This document shows, piece by piece, positions 36,301 through 44,930 of a stretch of 44,941 nucleotides of DNA. This DNA comes from Lama guanicoe (lineage: Eukaryota), in NCBI GenBank assembly GCA_013239625.1, contig PNXV01006132.1:1-44941 (forward strand), in the 5' to 3' direction. Made by a program: the position numbers and the translations under genes. Numbering within the stretch: the stretch's first letter is position 1; every line of letters starts with the position of its first letter. The notes under the pieces were generated by a model, which was not told the DNA's origin, did not search any database, and worked only from the letters and a program-made list of their open reading frames with translations.

Positions 36301-39300
36301 GTCTTTAAAATACCCCAGCAAAGGAAACAGAAAGGAGTGAGATAAATGCAGGAAGGATGGCAAAATCCTCCTGACTGTTGCAAGGATGCTTGCCAAAATA
36401 GTTAAACCTGAATTTAGCGAAGGCATTAGCCCTAACTTCCAGGTTTCAGGAAGTATAGGGGGTTGAGGGACAAAACACACACATTGAGAGGAAGCAAATG
36501 CACAAATCCTGAATGAAGATGTCCCATAAGAGAAGTGACTGAGCTCTGTCTGCAGTAAAGGAAAGATTTGAAAAAGACTCATAAACCATTAAAAAAAAAG
36601 GGTGGGGGTGGCAGGGGCCCCCTCTAGACTAAGAGAGGCATCCTAGCGATCACACGGGATGTGCAGACCTTGTCCGACTCTTGATTTGAACACCCTGACT
36701 TTTAAAAATAGACATTTTGAGACAGTCAGAAAGAATTGAATATGGACTGGGTATTAGACAATAACAAAGAATTCTGGTTAATTTTGTTCAGTGATGAGAA
36801 CATGGTGGCTGTGTAAGAAAACATCCCTGTACTGCAGAAATGCATACTGAAGTATTTAAGGGTGAAATGACTTGATATGAGGGATTTACTTTCACATAAT
36901 GCTTCTGAAACATCAATGTGCAAATGAATCACCCACGTGTCTTCTCAAAATGCAGATTCTGATTCAGCAGTTCAGGGAGTGGGGCTGACATCCCCCAGAC
37001 CAAATCGTGAGCAGCAAGGCTTTAAAATACTTTGGTAAAGGAAATAAAAAAGGGACAGTGAAATGAAAGCAAGGGCGGCAAGGTCTTGATAGCTGTGTCA
37101 CCTGGGTGGTACGCATATTGGGTGTATCATTGCCATTTTCCTTACACACTTAAAACTTTGTTTAAAATCACCCTTTTAAAGGCTGGTGGAACAGGTGCCC
37201 TGTGAGAGGGCTGTGTCTGCTCTCTCTCAACTCCCCATCCCTTTCCCTGAGCCTGGCACAAAATAGACACCTGTTCTTTATTCCTTTCCCTTTATACCTC
37301 TGCCTTGCCCAGAAGGATGGTGTAGTGACTCGTAAAAATTTGCAATGCACTGAGATAAAACTCGTCTTAAAATAATGGGGCGGGTGAAAAAACTAAAAAG
37401 TGAGAACTACCCGCTTCTTACAAGGGGAGACTGGAAGGCCTTCTTTCCCTTTTCTACTGTCTGCCTGACTTACAGACATGAACTGAAACCCTGTGATAAG
37501 TCCAGGCTCATCCCCTGAGCATCCGTGGCACCTCCCTATTCAGCCTGATGCCCCTTCTGCCAGGTCTGCTCTCCAGCTCCTTGATACCCCACTTCCTGAA
37601 GGCCATCTGCACACTCCCATCTCCGGGCCTTTGCACAAGCTGTTACCTCTGCTCCATCCTCTGGGGTCCTGTTCAGGCACTCCCTGTCCTAGGAGCCAAT
37701 CCAGATTCTTTGCCAGAGTAACCCAATGGTCCCTGAGCCCCCTTGGCATCCTATGGTGTCTCTGTCTGGCTCTGACTAAATCCTGTCTGGGTTAGAGTGA
37801 TCTGTGATAAAGTCTGTCTCCCAAAACTATAATCTGATCTGAGTCATCCATGACACCAGTTCCCCCCTCCAACCACAAAGTCCCGCTCAGCACAAAGCCA
37901 GGCCCGGATGAGGTGTCGTGGCAATGTCAGAGGGGGCCAGAGATTCCTGATCCTCATCCCACACCCCCATCCCCATTTTCACTTTGCTCAACTGAAGGAT
38001 CTCGGTGCAAGATCCCTGAGGGGTGGGAAAGGGGAGCAGAGAAGCAGAGACCATCACAGCTACCTTCCTGCACTACCTGCTGTCTTCCAGGCGCCACACT
38101 CAGGCGCTGAGACTCAGAGAGGTCGAGTGATTTGCTCAAGGCCCATCAGCAGATAGAAATTCGTGTCTGGGGCCCAGGTCTGCCTCATTCTGAAGCCTGT
38201 AGTAAAAGCTAGAGGCACTGCGGTGTTGGTGTAAACAGACAGCAGGGTCACACATGGTCAGCAGAAGCTGGGCACCGCTCCTGCTGGGCACAGCTCCCCG
38301 TAGGGCCAGCAGAACTGGGGAACTGGGGCAGAGCTGGGTTAGAGAGCTGGTAACTAGGTCAGTGAGAACCCTGATGTTGGCTGGCGCAGGGAGTGAGAAC
38401 ATGTGTGTGTGGAGGGGTGTCACGGGGTCTGCTGGGCCTCCCCAGAGAGCCAGCTGTGCCTGGGGTCCGCGAGGTGTGAGCTGCCTCGCTCGTGCATACT
38501 CCCCCAGGCCCCTGCCATTGCCCCTCTGCTTGGGCTGCCCTTGCGCCAGGTGACCCCTTCCCTTCCCACCGAGACTCAGAGAAAAGGAGGGTGGGTCCCA
38601 GAGGGAGGCAGTCCTGAGCTCAAATTCTCGCTTTGCCAGAGTCCCTGAAGGACCTCACCTCTGTCTCCCCACCTGTGATACGAGGCCCTGCAGACAAGCA
38701 GGGTGATGCCGGCCAGCATCTGACACTTCAGAGGCTCAGTACGTGGGTGCTGATGTCAGTGTCAGAACCACAAGGGAGGGCCTGTCACATTCTCTCTGAC
38801 GGCCTTGCCTGCAATCTCAAGCCCCTTCTCGTGCTGTCAGAGGTGAGAGCCCGCTGAACCCGTCTGTCACCACACCACCCACAGGGCTGCCTCCCCAAGC
38901 TGTCCCAGCACACCACACGGGCCCACTGAGTCAGACCCTCCCTCCACACTGTCAGCCACCACTTCTCCCCACACCAGCCCCTCTCTCCTCCATCACATTT
39001 TATTTATTTATTTTTTTATTCTTTAATGGAAGTACTGGGGATTGAACCCAGGACCTCCTGCATGCTAAACAAGTGCTCTAACACTGAGCTATATCCTCCC
39101 CTACGCCGGGCATTTTAAACACACATTCTCATGGTACTACTCCTGGTTTAGCAAACTGAGGCTGAGGGGCAGTGGGGGGCATTGGTTTGCCCAAATTTAT
39201 ACAAGGAGCCCAGCCATAGAAGTGAGACTAGACAGCTGTCCTGACGCCCAGCCCAGAACACCCAGAAAGGCCTTGGGGGGCTCATGCCTCAGAGCTGTCT

Positions 39301-42300
39301 GCAGCCGCCTGTCCCGGGGGGCAGCTCACCCTCTGACCACCCACCTCGGTCTCTCATGTCCAGCCTCATCGTCTCAGCCTCTCCCCCTGGGCCCCCTTCG
39401 CAGGCCGCCTGGCAACCGTGGCCAGCAGCTCTGCAGCAGGCTGTGCTGCTGGGCCCTGTGCTAAACGCGTGCCAATTTCCCTCCTTAATGTTTCTCATAA
39501 ATGCCTCCCCCTCCCCTGTCCACCTGCCCCAGCTCCCCTTGACTGGACGACGGCAGCAGCCTCCTCACTGGCCCCTCTGCCTCTGCTTTCTCCGGGACTC
39601 CGCCTTCCACACCAGTCTGTCACTGTCACAGCTGGAGGCCTGCCGGGCTTCCCGCTGCCTGGCACTCTGGGTGCCCCCAACTCCCCACTACCCACCTGGA
39701 CCTCCCCAGCCTGACCGCCAATATGACCCCTGTCTACACTCCACAAGCCGGCCTCCCAGAGAAGGTGGGAGACGTCTGGCCCCAACGAGGTCCGCACCCC
39801 ACCCCTGGCGGGCCCCAAACACTGCACTTTTCTACGTCCACGTGGAATGCCCTTTCCCCATCCCCTGTGTGTGACCTGAAGGCATCCTCAGTGGCCCTCC
39901 TGTGTGCTGAGGATGGAGGGTCACTGTGTGCAAGCGGCCTGCTCACCCCAGCGCCAGCGTGTCCTGGTTGTAGGGGGCAGGCAACGTCAGAGATGACAGC
40001 CTTCTGTTCCCAAACATCACGCTGCATCTTCTGAAACAGACCCCTCACACCCCACATCGCTGTCCTTCTGTTTCTCCTACACGGAAAGCCCCCTCTCCCT
40101 TCCCGCCACCAGTCTGGACTTGCTAAGGACCTCCCCCAGCCCCAGGGCCACCTTGGACACTACAGCCCCCGTCCTCAGTGACCAAGGCTTTCTATCACAC
40201 ACTTGTCACGGGTCTGGGGTTGTGCCCTCTGCAGAGCCAGTTCTGCCACCTCCCCGCTCCCCTCTGCAGGGCCCAGCAGGATCCCTGGTCCCAGCCTGAA
40301 GTTGGTGCAACAGCAGAGCAGGCAGCCTGGACTTCTGGCCCCTTCACCTCTGTAAGTTTCTCTAGGCTGAGAGCACAGGTCCCTTCTTCCCACGAGCCAT
40401 GTAGACTCAGTCTCTGAGACCCAGGGAGAAGTCAGCAGCTGTGGTCACAGGATGAGTTAGAGTTGAAGACTGACCTGGGGACAGCAGGCCGTATGGTAGC
40501 AGGATGAGATGGGCAGGTCCAGACTTTCAGTGTGCTTATGTATCTGCATCTGACTGTCTGAGACAGCTGATGTCATCTCATCTGCTCCCATGGGTGAGGA
40601 GCCCAGTAGGTGCTTGGAAAGGGTGGAAGGTCAGGGTCAGGCCAGGAACAGTCTGGATTCTTTCCAGACCAAGGAGGCCCAGCCAGGCACAGGATGCAGG
40701 GCCCTGGGCCTAAGGTCACAGTCTGAGGGGTTCCTCCTCCCTCCCCGGCATCTCCTTGTCACTTACGCAGACTCTCCCCAGTCCTTAAGACTCAGTGCCA
40801 ATCTCACCTCCTCCAGGAAGCTCTTCGGGATTGGTCCATCCCTAAGTCTCAGGACCTCACAGCATGGAGCAGAAGTGTCACAGCTCTGTTCCTCCCACTC
40901 AGACTGGAGCTGCTGGGGCCCTGCTCTCCCCCGTCCTGGCCCATAGCTTAGCCAGGCTTCAGGCTGTATCTCATTCCATGCCTACTCCATCTTGCTCTCT
41001 GCTGTCCATCAGCCTGGGGAGTGCCTCAGCCTCAGAAGGGGTTTGATAAATGTCATCTGGATTGACATCACTAAAAAAGTTGCTGGAGTGATGGCTGGTT
41101 GTTTCAGAGGCCACAGGAGACAGGGATGAGCAGGAGGCTAGAGTGACAGCAGGGCTAGTGTCCCAGGCCGTGGGGTATTCTACTGAGCTGGAGGCAGGTA
41201 GAGGCAGGGGCTTGAGCCCCATTTCTGCCAATACTTGCTTGTAATCCTAGCCAGTCATTGCCCCTCTCTGGGCCTCAGTCCCCTCCTCTGTACTGGGACG
41301 GGAGGGAGTGGACTAGGGTCTGGTCTAAGCATCTCCTCTGGACATTCCTGGTGATGGGGGATCAAAGCCATAAGCCATAAGAGGTGTAAGACTCTCTCCA
41401 CACCCCATATGTAACCGAAAATAAAGGGAAGTCTAAACTGTAAAATAAGGAAGTTTTAAGAAAATTTTGATCTTTCCATGATGATTATTGTAATGTCTTT
41501 GAAACGTCAAATATTAGAAGTATAAAATGTATGCTTTGCTGGTACCCTACACACATACACCTTGCTTGCTTCTTGGGTGATCTGGCCCCAAGGTGGGTGC
41601 TAATTCTGAGCCTCCCCTGACCCCCGCCAGCTCGGCCCCAGCTCTCAGCTACCGTCTGGCATTCACTCACTGCGCACCCCACTTGTCCCGTTCCCAGGGA
41701 GAACTCAGGCTCCCAGGAGCCTTGAAACTACACCTGCCTGTGGTGCATCTCATTCTTCCCTCCAGCTTCTGACCAGTGTAGGAGGCCCCCCTGGAAGTCC
41801 ACCCAGATCACTAGGCAGGACCACCCTGGCCTCAGGCTTGATCCGAGCAGCCCCAGGGGACTTGCTGACCACACTCAACCTCATCCTTGGGGCCTGGTGG
41901 GTGGGTGCAGCTCCTGGCTTGGCTTGCCCCCAGGGGCTTCCATGAGAGTTTTAAAGGCCAGAACAGGACCCCAGGCGGTGTGGAGAGGAAGTGCCCCCTC
42001 CCCACACAGGTTCTCATGTGGGCCCTGACGTCAGGAACAGGAAGCAGGCTCCCCCCAGCATTCGCCCTCTGCCACACACAACGCCCACCTGCTCACAGGG
42101 TCCTTGCCCTCAGCCAAACCCCTGGTCTATAAGAGAAGGGAGCTCTGCCGGGCAGGTGGGCATTGCCAGCCTCTGCACATAGGGGACAAGCTCGGCCCAG
42201 ATGTGAGGAGCTGCTTGGAGTGGGTGCTGGGGGAGAAGGCCCAGGGAGGGAGGGCAGGTGGCGGGAGGAACAAAGGGCAGAGGTCTGGAGTCTGAAGTCA

Positions 42301-42537
42301 CAAAGTCACAGGCGGTCAACTCTGCCAACAGAGAACCTCAGAGGCCCTTCCCAGCAAGCCTGAGGGTCTGGACACCCTGAGTGTGGGGACCTCTCCTGAT
42401 GGGGGGGTCCCCATACTCTCTCTGATCTCAGGCCCTGAGCCCCACCAGATACACAGAAAGGGAGAGCACAGCCGCCACCCAGGGCAGGGGGAGGCTGACT
42501 TACCGGTCACGCAGAGCAGAGTGTGCAGGAGCCACAT
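3273..42537 (-). CDS. ITGAE: Integrin alpha-E (CD103), coding exons 1-26; 3' exons lie beyond the window start
   Basis: 26 GT-AG exons join into one 1020-codon frame: signal peptide MWLLHTLLC, FNVD mature start, X domain with RQRR and acidic run, I domain with MIDAS DGSGS, FG-GAP repeats with Ca-binding loops, thigh and calf domains. Confidence 0.97.
3464..3527 (-). CDS. ITGAE: ITGAE exon 25
   Basis: PSVMYMNTSRGLSDHKEFLFN; 64 nt. Confidence 0.93.
4003..4080 (-). CDS. ITGAE: ITGAE exon 24
   Basis: FNERRSLVSKTHSLQFKHAFIAVLP; 78 nt. Confidence 0.92.
4254..4452. mobile_element. MER20-like hAT-Charlie DNA transposon fossil
   Basis: Typical ttctcagccttgac..attgacatttggggccag..gatgtttagc..catcccaggcctct..ctagatgccagtagcacc..ttgagaac pattern. 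Confidence 0.75.
4717..4796 (-). CDS. ITGAE: ITGAE exon 23
   Basis: ITLSLAWQLEESTFPNRTANITVMIT; 80 nt; poly-T tract before the acceptor. Confidence 0.92.
5324..5422 (-). CDS. ITGAE: ITGAE exon 22
   Basis: PPSPNIQCDDPKPAASVLVMNCKIGHPILKRSS; 99 nt. Confidence 0.94.
6777..6909 (-). CDS. ITGAE: ITGAE exon 21
   Basis: QELVVGLTKELTMNISLSNSGEDSYMTSMAVKYPRNLQFKRIQK; 133 nt. Confidence 0.95.
7105..7260 (-). mobile_element. MIR SINE fragment
   Basis: MIR core-like aatcctc..aaccctatgag..agaagcccagagaggctaactaacttgcctgaggtc; borders approximate. Confidence 0.7.
8787..8960. mobile_element. MER3-like DNA transposon fragment
   Basis: agccatatgtgg..gcaactaaggaactaaaattttatttgattttaattcattttaac pattern. 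Confidence 0.6.
8970..9710 (+). mobile_element. L2 LINE 3' fragment
   Basis: L2-type aaaccttggaagacttcctagac..tctcacctgggttattacaatagc..aaatgtcaccttcc..acctagagtacttggcacagaagagaggctccataaatatttaatgaat terminus. Confidence 0.7.
10273..10346 (-). CDS. ITGAE: ITGAE exon 20
   Basis: LPYEKACRNKLFCVAELQLATTVS; 74 nt. Confidence 0.95.
10745..10832 (-). mobile_element. tRNA-Ala-derived SINE (camelid Vic-1-like)
   Basis: Minus strand reads GGGGAGGTATAGCTTGGTGGTAGAGCGCATGCTTAGCATGCATGAGGTCTTGGGTTCAATTCCCAGT followed by an A tail; A and B boxes present. Confidence 0.85.
12167..12295 (-). CDS. ITGAE: ITGAE exon 19
   Basis: LCQEDCFSNISIRVSYQLQTPEGRRDHPQPVLDLYTEPSTIFQ; 129 nt. Confidence 0.95.
13226..13354 (+). 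mobile_element. tRNA-Ala-derived SINE (camelid Vic-1-like)
   Basis: GGGGGAGGGTATAGCTCACTCGTAGAGCATGTGCTTAGC..., (CAAA)n tail; imperfect flanking duplication AAGCGTTTCCT / AAGTATTTCCCT. Confidence 0.85.
13605..13768 (-). CDS. ITGAE: ITGAE exon 18
   Basis: LRETALNFTLDLDVMMPRKRLQCSDERACRGSLRDWDAGPHLCKPFLLIPTEGQ; 164 nt. Confidence 0.93.
14948..15078 (-). CDS. ITGAE: ITGAE exon 17
   Basis: SRPVAPLKVSVNFAPNALPIGFSGSVNACLCFEISSETTAAKS; 131 nt. Confidence 0.94.
15240..16110 (-). mobile_element. L2 LINE fragment
   Basis: gggtggtcaggga..gacatttaagctgag..gagtttggattttactctaag..ggaatcaagggtgactcctgggtttt pattern; borders approximate. Confidence 0.7.
16150..16350 (-). mobile_element. MIR SINE
   Basis: gcactgtgctaa..ttaatctt..tgtgaggtaggt..cccatttatagatgag pattern. 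Confidence 0.65.
16447..16577 (-). CDS. ITGAE: ITGAE exon 16 (FG-GAP repeat, DFSGDGLAD Ca loop)
   Basis: RIRASAMAPGLHYFGMSVAGGLDFSGDGLADITVGALGRAAVL; 131 nt. Confidence 0.95.
16735..16776 (+). repeat. Perfect 21-bp tandem duplication GGGAAGAGCAAGGTCATCCAA x2
   Basis: Read directly from the sequence. Confidence 0.9.
17567..17803 (-). CDS. ITGAE: ITGAE exon 15 (FG-GAP repeat, DISQDKLTD Ca loop)
   Basis: DGSFSLERELIGHSRLIYARFGFAMATVGDISQDKLTDVAIGAPLEDFGADDGAGFGSVYIYNGRSTNQLVNLSTSWSQ; 237 nt. Confidence 0.92.
18470..18610 (-). CDS. ITGAE: ITGAE exon 14 (FG-GAP repeat, DIDMDGTTD Ca loop)
   Basis: MGSYFGSGLCPVDIDMDGTTDFLLVAAPFYHVQGEEGRVYMYRVNKQ; 141 nt. Confidence 0.95.
18932..19071 (-). CDS. 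ITGAE: ITGAE exon 13
   Basis: YSVAVLHKPSGLAYVAGAPRHRQRGAVFELQEGRETDFVPVLEGEQ; 140 nt. Confidence 0.94.
19579..19725. repeat. 28-bp GC-rich minisatellite, about 5.2 copies, overlapping the exon-12 splice donor
   Basis: Units of consensus CCCAGGCAGCCTCCAGGCCCCGCCCTCA start at 19579 (29 nt), 19608, 19636, 19664 and 19692, with a partial unit at 19720. Confidence 0.92.
19721..19856 (-). CDS. ITGAE: ITGAE exon 12
   Basis: GQVLLGAVGAFDWSGGVLLYDTNNCRGHFLNQTVVDAKAAQYGYL; 136 nt. Confidence 0.94.
20597..20664 (-). CDS. ITGAE: ITGAE exon 11
   Basis: MVGDAPHYQLAQVGFSAQILDE; 68 nt. Confidence 0.94.
21139..21289 (-). CDS. ITGAE: ITGAE exon 10 (end of I domain)
   Basis: VGDAFKNNKTYEQLKLIASETPEAHAFKVTNYMALDGLLSKLQQSIIRVE; 151 nt. 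Confidence 0.95.
21878..22031 (-). CDS. ITGAE: ITGAE exon 9 (I domain, VVLTDG)
   Basis: DNIFTPSHGSRRKASKVMVVLTDGDIFGDPLNLTTVINSPKMQVVERFATG; 154 nt. Confidence 0.95.
22310..22555 (-). mobile_element. MIR SINE, near full length
   Basis: atagcacttatgtgccaggcactgtt..atttaatccttac..gaaattgaagcacagagaggttaggcaacttgcccaaggtc..gagctggga.ttgaacccagg. Confidence 0.85.
22795..22946 (-). CDS. ITGAE: ITGAE exon 8 (I domain)
   Basis: CSFALVQYGTVIQTELDLQDSQDVTASLARVQNITQVGNVTKTASAMQHVL; 152 nt. Confidence 0.95.
23195..23452 (+). mobile_element. MLT1-type (ERVL-MaLR) LTR fragment
   Basis: ggccatgtgacttgctttggccaatgg..agaggcttgaaaag..gctgagcccagcccaaatagctgacccac pattern. Confidence 0.65.
23539..23654 (-). 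CDS. ITGAE: ITGAE exon 7 (start of I domain, MIDAS DGSGS)
   Basis: TEIAIILDGSGSIDPPDFQRAKDFISNMMKNVYEKCFE; 116 nt. Confidence 0.96.
24018..24158 (-). CDS. ITGAE: ITGAE exon 6 (X domain, convertase site RQRR, poly-Glu)
   Basis: NLLDPDAHVDAGVCSRNKEGSTENRARQRRALKVEEEEEEEEEEGA; 141 nt. Confidence 0.94.
24383..24500 (-). CDS. ITGAE: ITGAE exon 5
   Basis: ICIQVPTRRPHSLSSEFTGNCSLLAPDLQPRAQVYFSNL; 118 nt. Confidence 0.93.
24856..24923 (-). CDS. ITGAE: ITGAE exon 4
   Basis: HVSIPKRRYRGVTAVRNQHGVL; 68 nt. Confidence 0.93.
26120..26211 (-). CDS. ITGAE: ITGAE exon 3
   Basis: LLVTSPSTSGTAEPLHQCSLVHDELRCHPV; 92 nt. Confidence 0.93.
27240..28960 (+). mobile_element. L2 LINE fragment interrupted by an MLT1 LTR
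   Basis: ccaccttgccaaatccaagggacac..tctcagcagc..; 3' end gaacagtggctggcacagagcaggggctcggtaaatatttgttgaatgactg. Confidence 0.7.
27636..28088 (+). mobile_element. MLT1D-like solo LTR (ERVL-MaLR)
   Basis: TG start with gcagaataatg..gattaagttaaggat..gggtgggcccaatgtaatcacaagggtcctt..gattctcccctcaagcctccag..ttttaagccactaagtttg..ttgttacagcagc..CA end. Confidence 0.85.
29466..29575. mobile_element. MER91-like (hAT-Tip100) fragment
   Basis: ccatgtacagttgcacaggctgtgcagtgca resembles the recalled MER91 terminus. Confidence 0.4.
32130..32545 (-). mobile_element. Ancient L1 (L1ME-like) fragment
   Basis: ggagtggaatcgatgagtcaaagg..ctccaaggtgattctaccaact..ccacatccttaccagca pattern. Confidence 0.55.
32953..33078 (-). 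mobile_element. tRNA-Ala-derived SINE (camelid Vic-1-like) with target-site duplication
   Basis: Minus strand GGGGAGGGTATAGCTCAGTGGTAGAGCG..GAGGTCCTGGGTTCAATCCCCAGT; flanks CCCTGGGAAATTTAA (32934-32948) and CCCTGGGAATTTAA (33077-33090). Confidence 0.88.
33358..33478 (-). CDS. ITGAE: ITGAE exon 2 (end of signal peptide, FNVD mature N-terminus)
   Basis: LAPVAAFNVDVVRTWVTPEGGAPYVLSSLLHQDSSTNQT; 121 nt. Confidence 0.94.
33870..35025 (+). mobile_element. Old L1 3'-end fragments (L1MC/L1ME-like), at least two pieces
   Basis: atagcagctttatttgtaacaatcccaaactggaaacaacccaaa..; cccagcaattctactcttaggcataaaccc..; caaaacaggcaaa..tagaagtcaggagagtggttacc. Confidence 0.7.
35036..35281 (+). mobile_element. 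Truncated cetartiodactyl-type L1 3' end
   Basis: gggataaattaggagttcagg..tatagcacagggaactat..gctgtacacctgaagctaacaca..tcaactata.ttcaataaaaa; flanked by AATAATTGCA at 35026-35035 and 35282-35291. Confidence 0.8.
35388..35820 (+). mobile_element. Truncated younger L1 3' end (camelid-type)
   Basis: aaataccatatgatagcactcatatgtggaatctaaaaaa..gaaacagactctcagacatag..tatagcacagggaactatattcaatatcttgtaataacc..A tail; imperfect flanks AAAACACGGCATT / AAAACACTGTATT. Confidence 0.8.
35699..35745. repeat. Perfect 47-bp palindrome (23-bp arms, 1-nt centre)
   Basis: ATGCATGTGTGTGTATATATATA-A-TATATATATACACACACATGCAT, checked base by base. Confidence 0.9.
35825..36900 (+). mobile_element. Old L1 (L1MC/L1MD-like) 3' region with a MER5-like insert at about 36195-36295
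   Basis: gacattttgagacagtcag..tgaatatggactgggtattag..gaaatgcatactgaagtatttaagggtgaaatg; MER5-like ctgcatttctaacaagctcccaagtgatg. Confidence 0.6.
38998..39101 (-). mobile_element. tRNA-Ala-derived SINE (camelid Vic-1-like)
   Basis: Minus strand GGGGAGGATATAGCTCAGTGTTAGAGCACTTGTTTAGCATGCAGGAGGTCCTGGGTTCAATCCCCAGT followed by an (AATA)n tail. Confidence 0.85.
42504..42537 (-). CDS. ITGAE: ITGAE coding exon 1 (start of signal peptide)
   Basis: aggATG MWLLHTLLCVT G|gtaagt; 34 nt. Confidence 0.93.
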
Positions 42538-42539
42538 CC

Positions 42540-42950
42540 TGGCTGGAGCAGAGGCAGCAGCGGGAGCCTCGGCCGCTCAGCTTCCCTCCTTGGCTCCTGG
42601 GCTGAGGTGGCCAGGAGGCGGGGACAGAGGCGCACACACAGGCAAGGACCACAGGCAGACAGGCACTTTCAAGTAGACTCAGACACTCCCCTAGTATATG
42701 GCTGGCTGTGTGGCTTCCTCAGCAGTTGTGAGCTGGGTCCTGGGAGCTTAGAGACACCTGCCAACCCTGCCCCCTCACCCACACTTTCGTGGACCAGCGA
42801 GTGGAGTCTGGCCTGGGAACAGGGCTGGATGTCCCTGGCAGCAGATGTCTGAGATGTGGGAGCAGTATTAATCCAGCCGTGGTTTATCATCCACATGGGT
42901 GAGTCCCAGCCCCCGCCCTGCTCTGGAATCCACCACCACACCTCAGCCCA
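42540..42950 (-). promoter_or_regulatory. ITGAE 5' UTR and proximal promoter
   Basis: Directly upstream of the ATG; GC-box-like GGAGGCGGGG near 42614, RUNX ACCACA at 42648-42653 and 42935-42940, SMAD CAGAC at 42656-42660 and 42680-42684. Confidence 0.55.
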
Positions 42951-43424
42951 GCGCCCAGCCTAGGGTCCCTGGCAGCGGTTCTCTCAGCAGTGGGAATGGG
43001 ATCCCCTCCCACAGGAAGCACCCCCATAGCCAGAAACTGGGCTCCTGCCCCTGGCCTGTGCACTCGAGGCCCTGAGACAACAAAGGGCCAGGGGAGTGTA
43101 AAGACCCACACACTGATTGAATCACTGCCTCCATTCGGCTTTGGCCACATTCTCTTTAAAACCTGACTACAGCACCATGATGGGGGAACCAATCTCACAG
43201 AGCTCCGGCTTCCCGAGCAACAGAAGTGAAATTCCGTCAGTCTTTCAGCACACCTCTGATCCAACCCAGCAGCCCAGAGGACACACTGCCAATAGCCTGC
43301 AGTCATGTTTAAATGCCAACTTCACGATCTGTTGTCAGATTTTCCCTGTGTGACTGAGTCTGTGGCAGAAGGAAGTCTCTCCTGCACTCCTGCCCTGCAG
43401 ACCGCGGGAAGCTCGGAGCAGAGC

Positions 43425-43565
43425 TGAGAGCTCTGCGATGAGGGTCCAGGTCTGCAAGGCCCAGCGTGGGCGCACCGGCCACCTGTGGCTCCTGAGTCCT
43501 TGAAACGTCATCAGTTGCTGAGGAACTGAATTTTCCTTTTTATTTAATTTGAATTAACTTAATCA
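43425..43565. mobile_element. MER3-like DNA transposon fragment
   Basis: ggccacctgtggctcctgag..ttgaaacgt..gctgaggaactgaattttccttttatttaatttgaattaa. Confidence 0.6.
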
Positions 43566-44529
43566 AAAAAGCAGAGGACTCTAGATCTCTCTCACATGAA
43601 AGACTGCAGCCCCAGGGAGAGCACTTTGAAGTATGAATATGTGTTAAAACGCAGCAGACAATGATGTTGACTTAATGACCAGATGAAAATCAATTTTATT
43701 TTGTTTTGCACAATGAAAGCTGGCTTGGCCAAAGTTTTGCAAAGATTGATGTCACTTAAAACATTCTTGCATTGTTCGCTTTGGTCTGACAAAATACCTC
43801 CAACTAGCATGATAGTTTCCTGACGTTACACAGTTGTTTGAATAGAAATTACAATTCGCTGTTTTCCGTACTATATACTGTCCGACAGAGACGTTAAACA
43901 GCTGAAAAAGCGAGGCTCCGGGTCTGACGAGCTGTCTGTCAGATCACAAGCCATCCCAAGTTGGCTTGACTTTGTTATAGGCCAGGGTCCTGGCTGTCTT
44001 CCCACACTCCAGGCTCAGGGACTGTCCCCTCCCCTACTTGTTCCCAATGCCAGGGACACTTGGCAGAGCCAGGAGGGGCTCCTCTCCCACCACTGGCCCA
44101 GAGGGGAGCCGCAGCAGGGACAGTCTAGAACCCAGGACTGCAGCTCACTGGAGATTTCTGAGAAGCGACTTCGGTTTGGAGTGTGCAAACTTCAGGACAC
44201 CTCAGGAGGCCAGGCGAAGTAGGTAAGTGGATGCTGGAACAGGTGCAGGGCCATTTTCTGCATCTTTGGAGACTTCCAGAATGCCGACTCCCCCTGCATC
44301 CATCTAAGATGTATTTTCCAAGCTTGTCGGTGCCAGCATGGCAGACCCCTAATCATGAGCAGGCCGGGGCCCTTCCAGCCCTTCTGACAGTAACTGCTGT
44401 TCCCACAAACCCAGACTTAAGTCCCAAGGCAGAGCCAGGCTGTGCTCACAGCACCTAGTGCGAGGCGGGGCATTCGGCAACTTACGTACGTACCCAAAAG
44501 GACGTGGAAACGGCTTCCTAACTCACCTT

Positions 44530-44930
44530 CCCTTAAACAAATATTAAGGGACCAACCTGGGACATCCTACAACATAAGTGGACTGAACTCTTCAAAAAAA
44601 CTGTCAATATCATAAAAGGCAAAGAAGGTTCAGGAATTGTTCCAGATTAAAGGAGACTAAAGAGGGGATATTAAATGTAGTGTGTGATCCTGGATTGGAT
44701 CCTAGAACAGAAAAAAAAACTGCTTTAAATAACATTGTTGGGACAGTTGGCAAAACTGAAACATGAACCTCAGATTAGATACTACTGTACTGACTAGATA
44801 AACTTTTACATTTCCTGAATTTGATAATAATACTCTGGTCACGTGAGAGAATGTTCTTTTCTTAGAAAATGTACACTAAAACATTCAGAGGGTAAAGGGA
44901 CATGGGGGATTCAAAGAACTCAAATCGATC
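44530..44930 (+). mobile_element. Old L1 (L1MC4/5-like) 3' fragment
   Basis: ttccagattaaaggagactaaagag..tgtgtgatcctggattggatcctagaacagaaaaa..cattgttgggacagttggcaaaactgaa..tttcctgaatttgataat. Confidence 0.7.

Noticed and set aside
39284..39874. 196-aa + strand ORF and other intronic ORFs of 60-170 aa
   Set aside because: Composition typical of random GC-rich intron or repeat translation; no splice or domain support.
3273..42537. ITGAE pseudogenisation or non-canonical introns
   Set aside because: All 26 exons have AG/GT borders and consistent phase with no stop; MIDAS, RQRR and Ca-binding loops are intact.
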